A stretch of 64,000 nucleotides of DNA from Ylistrum balloti (lineage: Eukaryota), in assembly GCF_031769215.1 (NCBI RefSeq), contig NW_026782094.1:806001-870000 (forward strand), written 5' to 3'. A model generated the notes under the pieces. That model was not told the origin of the DNA. It made no database searches and was given only the letters and a program-made list of their open reading frames with translations. Positions 35,890 through 50,682 of this stretch are shown piece by piece. Each line of letters starts with the position of its first letter. The first letter of the stretch is position 1. Both the position numbers and the translations under genes were made by a program.

Positions 35890-38800
35890 CGATACCTTGT
35901 ATCATAGCAGAATGACAGAATCAAACGGGTATATACCAATTGAAATCTTAATGAGGGCGTATGGTTCTTAGCCTAAATGTGTAACATTATCTGAGAATCA
36001 AAGGGGATATGTTTATATTTTTTTCTCACATCCAATAACATATGCGGTTTTATAGGTTGTTTTGTTATCGTGTGATGATATTATTTGAGGTCTAGTCATA
36101 ATTTTGAAATAAACATAGTAATAGACATACCATAATGCATATCATAACTAGTCCTATTAATGACCACACAGGATTTAGATGTCATCAGGTTTACAACACC
36201 ATGTTTGATGTTGAATAATAATATTAGAATTTATGATTAATACAATTTTACTTTATGAATGTTTTTCTTATCATCTTATGTGCTCATTTTGCGACCTGTA
36301 GTTAGCTTGTTACAGTTGTTGTAAAATTATCTTCTTGGTGCATTTTAGTCGATATACTCATTTGTTTATGTGCTTTTAATATAGATATGCAGAATCTCGT
36401 GTACAAGAAAGCCATATAGCCCCATAAAGTCAGTTATTTTCGAGGAGACGGTACATTGATGTGATCGCGAAAATTCAATTCGTGAAAAATGAGACACGTT
36501 TTTATGTAATGCTCATTTTACTGCAGATCACGAATATCTGAATTCTTTGAAATATATCTTGAAGGTTTTAAAAGTAAATATTGGATATATAGAAACGCAA
36601 AAATAACCTGCTATATGCTATGATTGAATCATGTTCAAAATCCTTATTAGTTTTAATACCAAAATGTACCAAAAAATGTTTCAGAATTATGGAAACCTTT
36701 CATCATAATTAAGTGTAATGTTGAAAATGCAGTTGTACGTTAATCAGTAGCTGTCTCAGGATCGCAGGGTTTGATAGCCAAATCAACCTCAACTGTACTG
36801 TACATGTGACGTATCCTATCCTCTATCACAGGGCAGTTATGGTATCAAAGAAGTGATATGTCTTTCTAAACAGTATATATTTTGTCATAATGAAAATTGT
36901 TATAAATTTTCCAATAAATTTAGATTGATGTGTTTTTATCAATTTACGGGCAAAGTGTGATAAAGTAAAAACATTGCTAGGCCAGTCTTTACGATTACAT
37001 GTGTGAGCCACTGGTACTATAGTGGCATTATACCAAACCAGTGCTGTCACCATTTACGTTACATAATTAGTCTCCTGTAACTCGTGCATCATTATATTAA
37101 AACAGTGCTATGTCCGCCTCTGCATTTACATATCTAATTTTCTGTTACCTGAGTAGCATTATATCAAATAAGTGCCATGTCACCCTCTATGATCACATAT
37201 TGGTCTTCTATTACAAAATTATATTGTTACATTTTATCAAATATGCACAGTCATATCTGTTAAACCACAGTGTAGTATTTACAAATCAGTGTTGAATCAT
37301 ATTCTAAACATTTACAAGTCTGGTCATCAATTTTCACAAGGAAAATGTACTTTTCTATGTAACAATTGCGATCTCCTAATGTCGTAATATGATTTTGACA
37401 TGTATTTCTAAGTCATCTAATAGATTCACATACAAGTATATCAGGTCATCCATTGCAAACGTATTATATAGTCCTGCGTTTTTCTATTGAGATGTTCTCT
37501 CCTATATCTTGTCGAAAATATCAGCCATTAGTGGTTCATGAAAGTGCAGACATGTGTTTCAATGTATCAAAATTTTATTGTTTTCCTTCATATTTTGATG
37601 TCAATTTTCTATTTCTCCAAGATATTTAAATATAATAATATAATTCTTGGGTAACACATGTATATCGAGGGATTTTATTGACCGCGTCAACGAAAAAATA
37701 GTATTACCGCAAAAATTTTGCACTTGCTTGCTTTTTTGTTGATTGTCCATGCTTTTGATTATCTATATACGTCTTTCTATATAGTAGCCTAATTACTGCT
37801 CCCAAGTGCTCAAATTAAAATTTAATAATTTATCAGGGATTGTGATATTTATGCATTCCTAGAAATTAAATTGAATCATTTTAACTTATTAATCCATAAA
37901 TTTAAAGACAAGCAGAGCCTTCTGAAGTCTTTATCTTTTTAAATATTTTTTTGTGGTTGCAAAATATTTTTTCGTGGTGTAGAAATACTGTTTTGGTTTC
38001 AATGGTTTCTCTGTCTTTGAGATTCCTGTTGATTAAAATATGTATTGATGTATTCATTTGTTTGTTCCTATTAAGGTTATACTTTATCATTTTGTCTCTT
38101 TCTGTTAGAAGGTAAAGATACATTTTGTTGAAACAAATCAACGTGGTAAAACATTCTGCAAATTAGGAAAACGAATATCTACGATTTTGAATTCTTTATT
38201 ATTCCCTACAACATCAATATTGTTTTGATATGTGATCAATATGAATCTCTTTAGAAAATAATTGTACTTTGAATCAAAGGTTTATATCTAACACATGTTG
38301 GTTTAGATTCATTCCAGACTGATTTACTTCAATGACAAGGCAAGTCAAATATTCACTATATACAGAATCTTAATATTCAAGAGCGGTCTGCATTTATTTT
38401 TATAACTGTCTTAGCAAAAGTAAGATGTGATGATATAGAGAAAACTTGATCCGGAATCTTAATATTCTGGAACATTTGGGATATGTTCATTTTGAGACCG
38501 TTTTATTTACAATTTTTAGTTTTGTGTACAAGTTTCAGTGCGATATAGGTTGTTCTGGCGAAAATGAAATTGTTTAATACGAGGTACGCTATTGATAAAT
38601 AAATAATGATGATGTGTCCTTGGATATTGCTTTTTAAAATCAAAAATATGTTTTTAATCCGAATACAACATTAAGCAACATCGACATGTGCTATTATTTA
38701 TTCCTGTCGAATATTTGTGTATATTGTCGTGTGCTTCTAGGTTTTGTATGTAGTTATCTATCTTTTCCGAGCATCCATCTGCAAGATAGACCATACCTGC

Positions 38801-40249
38801 AACCCGTGTGGTAATTCGATCTTTCCGATGAAATATCCTGAAAAAAATAACGTAGAATGAATTGTATTGAATGAAAGGTTTACTGTTGAAAGATTTCACC
38901 ATTTCAGAATAAAATTCAAACATGATCACATTTTGTATCAAATTTAACAACTAAACAACATAGACATTCAAAGTAATGTATTGAAACTCATTTAACGAAC
39001 AATTATCGCACTACTTGAGTTTTGCTATTTTCGGCGTACGGTTGCACAGTCAATATTGATCTGGGGAACTACATATCAGGATAAGTTATAATATATCTCT
39101 CCATTTCTTGCTCTTTCATGGCGACAATTTGACATGACTTGAGATGGGTATTTCGGTTTTCACACCAAATTGTAAATGGAGGAAGAAACCCGTTACATAT
39201 CATTTTGATCTGTATATCTAGTATCGTAAGCATCAATAACGGACATATTCGACCACGTAATGAAAAAACAATCTTGTAGAAGAATGTTATATGATTTAAT
39301 GCAAAGAGATATAGGCATTTAACATATCTGATTTGTATATTTTTACCTCTTCCGATGTCAAAAATAACCACACTTAATTTTGTTTATCGCTTTCATATTG
39401 GTTTTTAAATCTAGCATAAAATGTAAGTACCCTTCATGTACATTGCGTAGATGTTTTAAAGAGGAGACAAACATTCAAACGGTCACATTGTTACCTTTTA
39501 CTAAATGTTCAACTTGCATTCTTCACGGAAAAACGGGCATGTGTTCTAATAGGGTGCTATAAAGGTAATTTCCACAGTTGTTTTACTATGTTATTTACTT
39601 TTAATTATATTATGATGTCTCTGTTGCTTTAACGCTCATTCCCTTCTGCTCTGTGATGATATCGCCCGCATAGACTTATATTTATATCAATACTGATGGC
39701 AATACTATAGTTCAATATCTAACTTTAAAATCGTATCAAAACCCCTAATTATCTTGTGTGTCTTTGTATAAGTAACTGTTTAAAAGATATTTTTGTGAGG
39801 TTGGAATTGCTTATTGCATATCCAACTTCAGAAACCCACACAAGCTTCACTCTCTTTAAAATTTGATAACTAAGGACAAGAGTGAATTGTCTCATTAAAA
39901 GTGTAAGATCTGTATACAAACACTAGGTGGTCAAAGGCGCGTGAGGTTTACATTTTCGTAGCCAATGTTTTTTTCGTAAACCTGCAAGCTATCTTTCCTA
40001 GAACGAAAAGCGACACGGTTCAAAATAAACACATATTCGCTCTTCTAAAATCATCAGATTATTCATTACTTGGATCTACTCTGCCTAATTTTAAATTTGT
40101 ATCAAACTATGCTATTAACAGACGACTTTGAAATGGAGCGTAACTCTATACTGTAAAACATTGCATATTATAGGTACATCAAGAGAACAGTGACATATGG
40201 AATTCCGGAAGAATAATCTTGTTTTGTATCGAACAGGGCATGATACTGT

Positions 40250-40810
40250 CTTGGAAAGAAATTTACTGACCAGATCCATCGCACATACCAACCAGAATTA
40301 GAGGACACGCCAGACTCTTATATATTGACCGTTTACCTGGATGATCTCCAAGACAGAAATGACGATTGGCAACCTTCAAGCATGCTGAATGAAAGCTTTG
40401 ACGTTCCCTGTTTTCCCAACCTTTCGTGTTTAAATGTGTCAGTTGATTCGATAATAAGAGTATTGTTCATTGATCTCATTTCAGTGCAGGCCGTTTACAA
40501 GACATCAACCCTCAACACGAGATTTTTGCACGATGACATTAGTCGTATTTTGTGCTTGTTAGTGTGCATTATGGCTCCTTTGTTGGTAACCTTGTTCTCA
40601 TTTCGAAACTTGCGTGACATTTCTTACGTGGATTGACAAACGGGAGTCGTCGATTTAGCAAATGACTCTAACTCTTCTGAAATATCTGCCTTTGTTTTCC
40701 TTGTACCTTTTCAGGGGTCTCCGTGTAAATGTTTCTTTCGTTCATATTTTCCATGTTTTATTGAATTTAAGTTTGAAGTAAAATGTTATGTCTGTATTTT
40801 CATTCTTGGG
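40250..40810 (+). mobile_element. Penelope-like RT C-terminal and 3' remnant
   Basis: IHRTYQPELEDTPDSYILTVYLDDLQDRNDD matches PLE IYPxELEIKDT..YLD..DKRDD; the 3' region resembles the other copies. Confidence 0.65.
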
Positions 40811-40955
40811 TTTGAACAATGGTTTACACTGTACATCATTACGTTCAACAAGGACGAGGAGGCCTATATATTAATAAATAAATTAATATAATCACATTCA
40901 TCTTCATGCTTCAACGGTGGTTTTGGAGCTTATTCACACATTGTTGTTATCATGT

Positions 40956-41076
40956 AAAATATATTTTACTTAAAATATATTTTTTATATTTAAAATATAT
41001 TTTACTTAAAAAAATATATTTTTTATATTTAAAATATATTTTACTTAAAAAAATATATTTTACTTAAAATATATTT
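40956..41076. repeat. AT-rich low-complexity array of palindromic AAAATATATTTT units
   Basis: Read directly. Confidence 0.9.
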
Positions 41077-41999
41077 GCATATAAAACTTCCGTATCGATA
41101 CTTATTGTAATAGGTCTCTTGAAACGGAATATGAACACATATTTCGGTTCCTGTTTTAGCTCATAACGTTGTGTATTCTCAGAATATGTGCCTGTTCAGT
41201 GTTTGTGTCAGAACATCAGAATTGAACATCTCTTGTTCTGTAACATATCTTTATAATAGAAAAATGTAACAATTGAAGAATACTAACCACAAATAAGCTT
41301 TTATTTGCTTGATATGGAGATTTTTTTGCGGAGAAACGACCTAATTAGTTTTTAGCAAATGCGGGTATATACAGAGTACAGTCCCACCACGCGAAGGTGC
41401 GATCAATAAAGTGAGTCAATACCAGTATAAGTAAGCTGATAGAGGTTATTGGAAGATTTAGCTGGGAAGCTCGAGTTAAATGAAAGGTCGGATAATTTTA
41501 TGGGAAAAAAAAAAAAAAAAAAATCCAAGCGTTTTCATAGATGTAGAAATTTATTCGAGCACACACAACTCTGTATATATGTATTGATTACAGACCTGGC
41601 AAATTTTCAGTTCCATTTTCAGCATTACGTTTCCTTATTGTGTCCTTTGAACTACCGTACTGTTTTCGTCACACTACCGCATTGTTCCCACACTATTCCT
41701 AGTCCTTACAAAGAACGGGTTTCTATACATTTCCCTCTAAAACCCGGATGAAAAACGTTAGGTCGAAAATTTTAAGCATCGTCCACTTTACGAAAATGAA
41801 TAATTGTAAAATCTTTCATCACGAAAGATGTTTTAAAATTTATCCAATATCAAATCTACAAAATGCCATGTTTTGAAGGAAACGGTTTCGACAACGCGAT
41901 CGTTGTAAGTACATTAAATAAATAACACACTACAAGATCTGTATCATATCCGTCAAGACCTGTGTCTCAGATGTAAGAGAGCTAATTGATAAGTTATGG

Positions 42000-42430
42000 A
42001 CCTTGTACTGAAAAAATAAGCAGGGTTGTCCTTTGTGGGCTCTACTATTTCCTGACTATATAAGGCTGTGTACCCGAAGACTGGTGTCATTTGGCTAGTT
42101 TATGTCGAAGAGGTATCATTTGCAAAAGGTGAGTGGCGAAGTTTAAGCGTGACAGGCAGAGCCTTGGGGATGACGCCCGTCAAGGAAAGCCTGTCACTGT
42201 TGCTAACTAATGTTCCATCAGCAGGAAAAGTTGAGAGGCGCATGGTTTATCAATCAGTCCTCGCAGAAAGGTCGGTTACGAAAAACAGTTGTTATGTGCT
42301 ATTTGAACCTCGTCGTGATTCATGCTCGTTTGTTTGCCAATTAGTTAAGTTGTTGAATAACTTGCTCTCATTTAAATTTGAGTTTGGATTCTGATTATCT
42401 TCACATACTGGTGTGTTCTGTTTGTTGTTG
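42000..42430 (-). mobile_element. Possible highly degraded LINE (CR1/L2/RTE-type) RT fragment
   Basis: Broken minus frames give FRNRPFCED*LI (like FRxxRSCETQLI) and KA....LKLRH; several stops. Confidence 0.3.
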
Positions 42431-45400
42431 AAGACTTAAGTACATTTTTTAGTAATTCAGAAAGGTATTACAATTTGATCAGGTAATGCATTTATTCATG
42501 TAGTTTTCAAAATTGCAGTTTCTACATAAAAGGGGAGACGTAATGTATTGATGATAAATCCGATCCGCTCTCTAGATCCTAGATTTAGCCTTTCCTACAA
42601 TGGAATGCATAGTATGTATTTTGTATCTTATCTTTTTGAACAGGGGTAATATTAAAAGCTTGAAAGGATGCTTGCACGTCTGCGTTGTTTAAAAAATGTC
42701 CAATGTGAGTTGTTTTCTTTCTTTCTTTCTGAGATATACACAGTGTCTAAAAGGTAAAGGTTAATTCGGTTAAGTGTGGCAACTTATATATTATTACATT
42801 TATTATGTAATTACATTTTAGTATTGTGCAATAACTGACACCAGTCAGTGATAAACATAAGAGTCGAGTTCCATAATAAATGTAAAGGTGACAAAAATGT
42901 ATAGTTAGTTTCTCATTTCTATTGTGAACTTAAGTAGGACAATTTGTATAGTCACGTGAGCAGTTTCGTGATAGCGTGATATCTCACGTTGTCCTTGAAT
43001 CTAGAGTATGCCGGGACAAAGTTTACACCACCTCTATTGTAGTTCCCTCGGTATGTTTTGCATGATAAAATCGGCCGAGAACAAGGAATTCGGAATAAAT
43101 ATTGTTTTATACATAAGAAAACCAGTTTTATCTGAAATAAAGAAATGAAATCTTTTTTTGCTTTGCGTGATGCGTTTTCAACACCTGTTAAACCACTAAA
43201 ACACAAGCCTTTTTCGAATTGTTCAATTTCAAACAGATGTCGACAAATCTTAATTCAAAGTGAGTTAAACATATTCATATTTGACTTGTCTATTTAAATA
43301 AGTCTCATGTGATATGCAGTTGTTCACATATAATTAATCAGTTTTCTTTCAGCAATGCAAAAACAACACTTATTGCTTAAGATTTAATACAACATCTCAA
43401 GTTTTTTAACGTGACGATAATGCCTTTTAGACAAGTTTTTAAACTGTTGTCGGGTTTACATTTTGCGAGACAGAGTGGTTTGTACATATCATTACCGTTG
43501 ACCTGGAGAGCAGAATTAACTGGAACAGATAAAAAATTGTAAAATCGTATGGTATGACATCATCTCGGGTATGTTTTCATCGTGACTTATCCTGCTTTCT
43601 TGCATAAATACGGCCAGGAGTACACATGTCAACCGTCATTGACTCGTATGAGCTGATAAAAGTATTAGAGGTCAAGTAAGGTAGCTGATACAACAACGGT
43701 CAACTGCCGTGTGTCCTCTGCGGAGGGTCATTTTCACACTGCTATGGAGAGGATAAATACATGAAATTCTTATTCCTGGACATTTTCATTATAATGTAAG
43801 TAATACTTACTCGATTATTGATTATGATGACTAGGTAAATTTTACAGTATCCTCAAATACCAATGATGCAACTCTTTAAATCTATGTTTTCCGAAGAAGT
43901 GTTTGTATTTTAGTCTGAACAGCTGTTGTTCAATGTTCGATTTTTTTTTATATTATCATTGATATTTCACAAGCATGGGTGAGTAAGGTGTGTTGAGTGA
44001 TCAGTGGAAACACTTGGAATTCATAGGCCTTGTTATCATACACTTGTATTTTATTATAACAGTTCGAAATATATTACTAAGCTTATCTATAATTTGCGTA
44101 CCCATTATGATCTTATATTTGTATTAGCAACGGTTATAACGGTTCACTGACAGCTGGTTTCTTCACGTGGTTTAGTTAATTAAACAAGTAAACATATGAA
44201 GTAAGTTCATCTATTTAAAGTATAGCCCTGTCACTAGTACTGATATCATATCAGCATTGACATTTTTTGTACCAGTTTTATCATGAACACAGTCATTATA
44301 CACATTAGATATCGTATCAAATTGTATGTATAAACATCATTTCGTCCTTCGTAATTTTATTTGTTAACCTCACAACAACTGTTGGTCCTGTTTAGATAAA
44401 CACTGGCTATACGATAGTGATATCTACAACATGTAATCAGTTTCTGAAATCATTGTTTATTTGTCTACGAACGTCGAAATGTATCACAGATAAAAACATT
44501 TCATTTCCAATGTTTCCATTCTTAAATGTGTTGACAGGCAACAAAGATTCATAAAGTAATGGAATGCATTTTTAAGATGTTAAGTTCTCTTGTATTGTGA
44601 TTAAGATTTGAAGATAATTGAACAGTAATCACACATGTAGTTTATAACTATCATATTAAATACAATATAAACGAATGTAGCTTCTTAATAAGACTATGTT
44701 ATATCTGTTCTATTATGTTTTTTTCATTACTGTATTCTGGGATATTTTCTTATACACGAATCGGCCTCGTGTTAATTTCGACCTTGGAGAGTTGTGAAAA
44801 CAGAATACATGAAGATTAATAAATGTTTGACTCTCCCTTCCCATTCCAGCTACAGATAAACCTCACCCTGTTCATAGTTCGAAATTGCTAAAAAATTTAT
44901 ATGATTGTTCAAATAGCGATGATCGTTGATGCACTATATATGAATCATCATGGAGTTAATTTGCAAAAGCACTACACGTATTATATGTTGATTGCGCTAA
45001 GTTAACAATATAAAACAAATACCAAATAGACAAGATCACGTTTTACATTTGTTTATGCTGTTTATCTGCCACTTAGTTTTTTCCTTGTCAACAGATACTT
45101 TGTGTGGGCGTATTCACTACTTTGCATTCATTTTTTATTTCTGTTTCATTTCATCATTCTATTCAAAGTTGTCATTCTTTTGTTTGTCTTTACCTCAACC
45201 AATTATAGGTCACGATATAAACATAAAAATAAACGTTTAATTAGTTGATTACAGTAACCAGTTCGCTAGATAAAGATATAGCTATTAAATGCATTCCCAA
45301 TAAATCAAGGCGAATACTAATTGATTTATGTACTAAATGGAGCAAGAAAATGCATGGACTCGTTTAAGGGAAATTAATTACTCTTAATAATCAAGATAGT

Positions 45401-45542
45401 GGAGCTGTTGTCCCTTAGTTTTACATCTTTCTCATAAGGTCGAAATTGGATTTTTAGTTGTTACAATAAAAAGCATTGCTTATTTTTTTTATTGATAACA
45501 GGAGAAACCAATAGCGGAGGTATTCAGTTGATTTTGTGAGGT

Positions 45543-48500
45543 ATGGACCAGTTCCGTGATGTGGATGGTGGCTGGGCCTGGGTTGCAATGGTTGCTTGTT
45601 TCATCTCCAATATCCTAGGCGGCTTTCTTAACTACAGTACCGGTATATTCCATGTGGCGTTGTTGGAGGAGTTCCAGGGAGATGTGGCTACTACCGCTCT
45701 TGTTGGTTCCGTGTATGCTAGTCTTTATTCTCTTTTCGGTAAGGACTTATCCAGTGTCGTCTTTACCAAAACCTTATATTGTTCTTGGCTATTTGAAGCT
45801 TTTGAAATTGCCCGAATACCATTTATGATATACCAAATATAAATATATGTCAAGACAAGGAATGATCGCGGAGAACATGCTCTCACTTGAAATTGTAAGT
45901 ATTGTTTTGTAGGTCCTTTCGTAAGCATGGTTGTAAACATGACGAGCTGTCGGGTAGCACTGATGATTGGCGCCATACTGTCCGTGGTCGGATTTGCCTT
46001 AAGCTTTCTTGCCAACAGTCTCTCTACTCTTGTCTTTACGTATGGGATTATAGCAGGCAGGTGAAGAAAAAATTAATTTTGTTTTACAGTTAATATATTT
46101 TAATGTTCCAATACTAGAGATAGTATCCTCAATTCTCCATGTCTCTATAAAGGTGTGCCTCCCTAAGTTGTTGTATTATACTTGACCCTTAGTAACACCA
46201 TTATTAAGACTGTGAATGACGTATTTACCGGAATACATATTACAGGTCAAACAACAAATCAAGGATACATGATATTTGGAGGTGTATTGTAGTCTTGTTT
46301 CTTCAGCGTCCGTACTTTCATTCACTACCTTCAGTATGGAACATTGCGGACACTGTCCTTCCCACATCTAGACAACGTTAGCATACCTAGATTTCATAAA
46401 TAACCTTAAAACCTTTTGCGATATGAAACCTATATTTGAACCTAATGTTATATGAAGATCCTGCCCATCTTTCAATGATAGAATTATGAGCAAAATGCAA
46501 TATGACAAAGACATAAAGAATACAATATGATTTTATTTTGCACATTTCTGCAGCCTTCAAATTGCAATTTATGTAGTGAAATAGAGACTAAATGACTTTA
46601 AGATTAGCCTTTATATTGCCTGACATCCTATCACAATCCATGACCATTTAAATTTCCGAAGCATGCCAAAAAGCATTTCTAATACATATTTTTTGGAACA
46701 CTAACACATCTTAGTAAGGAGTAACTCCAATCATAGTTTCCTCTTTATATATCACATCAGATTGTTATTTTCTTTCCTACTTGATTTTACTGATTTATTC
46801 ACTTAATTGAGATTTGAGATTATGTTTTTGTGTGTGTGTGTGAAAACTGCATTTTATTACAGAACTACTAAATGACGAACGTTAGACCGTCATGTTGAAA
46901 TATCTGTTTAAAATGCAGTTTGCAGACAATTAAACATCAATGAAATAAAAATTTCCTTTTAAAATCATTTAATTCCTTATTGATGCTTCTTAAAAAATAA
47001 TCATCTTTCATTTGAAGTTATGCGCACTAACGAAACAGCCTGTGTTAGTATGTTAAAAAGTCTGCCTCCAGATCTGATTATGCATTTTACTGCCATTGAA
47101 TCAGCCAAACATACTTTGTTATCTGCAGTAAGATATTGCATTGGCATCATATGCAACATTTTACTGCTCATTGAATTGATAACTAACATCGCTGATTATT
47201 TCTAACACCATCAAATGAAATTTAAAAGTGTACATTTTGCACATACTGAAGTGTTTCTTTGTCAAACTATAAGGGACAACACAGAAGGCCATTTAAGCTT
47301 GCCAATGGAATTTACAGAAGAAATTTATATAATACACGAGTGAAAAAACCCTCTTATTATGACGATTTGGATACAATTTGGTTTGCATACACAAATTTTC
47401 AGTTTTGCTGTTAAGATACATCCTTACTTCAATTTAAGGTCTAGGATCTGGGTTTTGTGCTACACCTGTCTTGATCATGACCGGATACAGCTTCAAAAAA
47501 TATCGAGGAATCGCGAACGGAATTGTTGTCTCTGGATGTGGAGTTGGCATGCTCGGAAGTGGTCCCCTTAGCCAATACTTTATTGATAAATATGGTTTAC
47601 GAGGTGGCTTCCTGATGATGGGCGCCGTTGCAAGTCACTTGGTTGTGTGTGCAGCATTGATAAGGCCTTCTGGAACGGAAGTATGGCACAAACAAATGAG
47701 ACAGGAAGCAGAGGACTCTTCCAAAAAATGCGTTCAGATGCGGAGTATTCTAGACTCTTCCTTGTATAAAAACTATGCTTTCCTGCTCATCCTTATAGCG
47801 GGATTTGCATGGAATGCCGCATACGCTATTGTCCTCATTCATCTCCCAAGCTTTTCAGTGGTCAAAGGAGCAGCTAAAGAAGAGGCTGCCATGTTGCTTT
47901 TTGTCATCGGTATCGGTAGCTCGGTGAGTCGTATTGTGGGTGGACTAACTGCTAGTACTGATTCCGGAATTGACCCAATCTTACTGAAGCTTGGAGTTTT
48001 GGGGATAACCGGAGTATTCACCCTGATGTTTCCGTTTTACTCCTACAAATACTGGCAGCAAGTGGTCTTTGCCACTCTGTTTGGTATATACAGTGGGGGA
48101 CTTATAGCATTTACTGTTCCAATACTTATTGAAATAGTGGGCCTTTCCAAACTGTCTGCCTCTCTCGGAGCTCTCTACTTCCTTTCAGGGGTCGCCTGGT
48201 TCATCGGACCGACTGTTGCAGGTAGTCTGTTTTACATTTGGTATTTGTGCGGACGCACTGTTTTAATTAGATACAGCTATTCACATGATAAAGCCATACT
48301 CACATTTACAAATCACATTATGTGTTAATCTAAGAATCAATTGACACTGTAGTGATTTTTTGCTAGAAGACCAGTAAGACTTGAGGATCCGCTGCATACA
48401 GTAATCTATTCAAAGCAACATCAATTGCGTTGGTTCTTAAAAATTTGAGAGTCAAGACAGCAGAGTAGCGTGTAAAATGAAAACGCTCTATTCCAATCAA

Positions 48501-50682
48501 TACAATCTGTGTTAAGAATTAAGTACAAAATATATGCCTAATTGCTTTAATACCTACTAGTTTAAATGTGGAATGAAACGTTTCTTCAGCCATCATTAGA
48601 TTGTCTTATATAATATTTCTACTGGCACTTCATACTTGTCAAATTGCCTACCCTACCTAACCTCTAATGGCATGATCACGATATCCATATAAGGTTGTAT
48701 ATTACATTTGAAATCTACATTTTCTTGGTAGGTCACTCCTTTCATTTTGATCAAGTAGTGTAGAAAACGACACTGAGCAATTGATATACTCGACCAAATG
48801 CTATCTGCATCTCTCTGTGATCTAGTAGATGACTCCATCAAACAGTTAATATGTCGCGTCCTCTCCTTTCTCAGATAATCGGATAATTTCCACCACAACT
48901 GGTCAGGCCCTCGAGGTTCATGTGAGAAATTTACCATGTATAGATAATGAGTCCCTTGTGGCGGTCATCACATTTATCGAGTTATTTTGAGATTGTTTAC
49001 ATACAGTGGTTTTAGATCCTGTTTGAAAACCATTTCACGTGAAAAGAGACCGTTCAAAACTATGTGATTGCCACCTAATTTTTTTTCTGTTTTTGACTAT
49101 TTTTTAAACTTGATTTTTTAACTCCATTTTTAGTAGAAACACAATTTCCCTTGCAAGATGAAGGTTGTATTAACATAAGCAATATATTTGTCGATTACAT
49201 TTCCACTTTGACTTGCCAAATTATCAATGATTCAACACAAATGTTGATGCTTCGAATATTATGCGATATGCAGTCTGCCTTAAAGAGCCTTCCTTCAAAA
49301 ATACTTATCACTGAGAGGCCGAAGAATTTATCTAAACTGGTATTCCTTCGTTCTATTGTTTGCGTGGAAGATGGTTTTCACAATTTGTGTTTACTACAAA
49401 TACTTTATGTTGTTGATTTTAGAGTGTTTACTCGACACAATTATGTATACCGTATGTTTATTTCCTAAATGAAGTGATATAGGCATTCATGTATGTCTAT
49501 CTATATTTTGAACTGCCGAATTCTGTTATGTTTTCCATATACGACTGCACTATGTCTTTGACAGGTGGGATAATAGATAAAACTGGCAGCTATGACATGG
49601 TCTTCCACATAGCAGGTAAGAATGACTACTATCCTAGTTTAAGCATCAAGAGGAAGCCGTTTATTGACAGTGACATATTAGATATATCGGTGTTAAAAAA
49701 ACTGACAAGAAATAAGAATTGTATACATATGTATGAATACAATTGCTGCAACTTACATCTCCCTTGCATAGGATTATATAGTAGTGATATCAGTAATTTT
49801 GAAGCAACGTATTCTAAAAATACACCCTGTTATACAAACGTACGTAATCGATAAAAAAAATGTTTCTTTCAATTTATCGTCATAGTTATGTAACCCTGTT
49901 AAGATACAAGCTATAAAATACCATTCGCCTACAGATATTCAAGACGACAAGATAGAATCATCTGCCTTATCAACGACATCCATCATGAAAATTGGCGGCC
50001 AAAAGTAATGTCAAGTTCTGAAATAAGAATAGGATGAACTACAACAAACAATATTTTAAAACGCATAGAACACATATCCCCATAGTAGCATAACGCCACA
50101 TCTCGTCCCAATACTAAATTACAAGATTGCAAAAAGACACAAATCAATAGCACTCTAAGGACAAATGTGAAATTAGACGGAGTATAGTCAGATAATGTAC
50201 GAAACTTCGTCTTAAAGTTGTTTTTGCCTTCTAAATTTACGTATGATATAGTGTTACATCATACAGTACAGAAAATATATTGTTTTCATTATATCATTAT
50301 GGAATCCTCTATTTCAGGAGTAATATTTACACTGGGTTCGATCATGACTTTGCTGTCTACAATATGGCGTCCGAAAGATGTAAACGTTGATGAACAGGAC
50401 AAATTTGTGGCTTCCGTCCTATCTAAAGGATCCAATTTCTTGACTGGATCTATGCTTCTTACGGGATCAACAAACTTTATGCTCGACTTCCGGTCATCGT
50501 CCATGAGCATGCACCAATCCTCCAAGTCACTTGGGCCCTATAACTCGTACCGCTCTGTTCGGATGCAAACATCTAATCGATCTGTTAATACACAGGACAA
50601 AGTGCCACTGAAAATATCAAAACTTGCTATAAACAATGGAGAGTCTGTTCCCTTAAATATCGATAATGTAGATGAAACGTGA
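45543..50682 (+). CDS. Monocarboxylate transporter family (SLC16/MCT, MFS) protein, paralogue 2, 512 aa
   Basis: Exons 45543-45738, 45913-46056 (GC donor), 47439-48221, 49565-49615, 50318-50682 (1539 nt, all phase 1). Motifs DGGWAWV, GYSFKKYRGIANG, IRP, FIGPTVAGGIIDKTGSY. Exon 2 (144 nt) and exon 4 (51 nt) have the same lengths as in paralogue 1. Confidence 0.9.
48560..48730 (-). mobile_element. Possible GIY-YIG endonuclease remnant (Penelope-like) in MCT paralogue 2 intron 3
   Basis: Minus frame SNVIYNLI....KCQ*KYYIRQS..*RNVSFH resembles SNVIYxIxC..C...YIGQT.R.L..R..EH. Confidence 0.35.
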
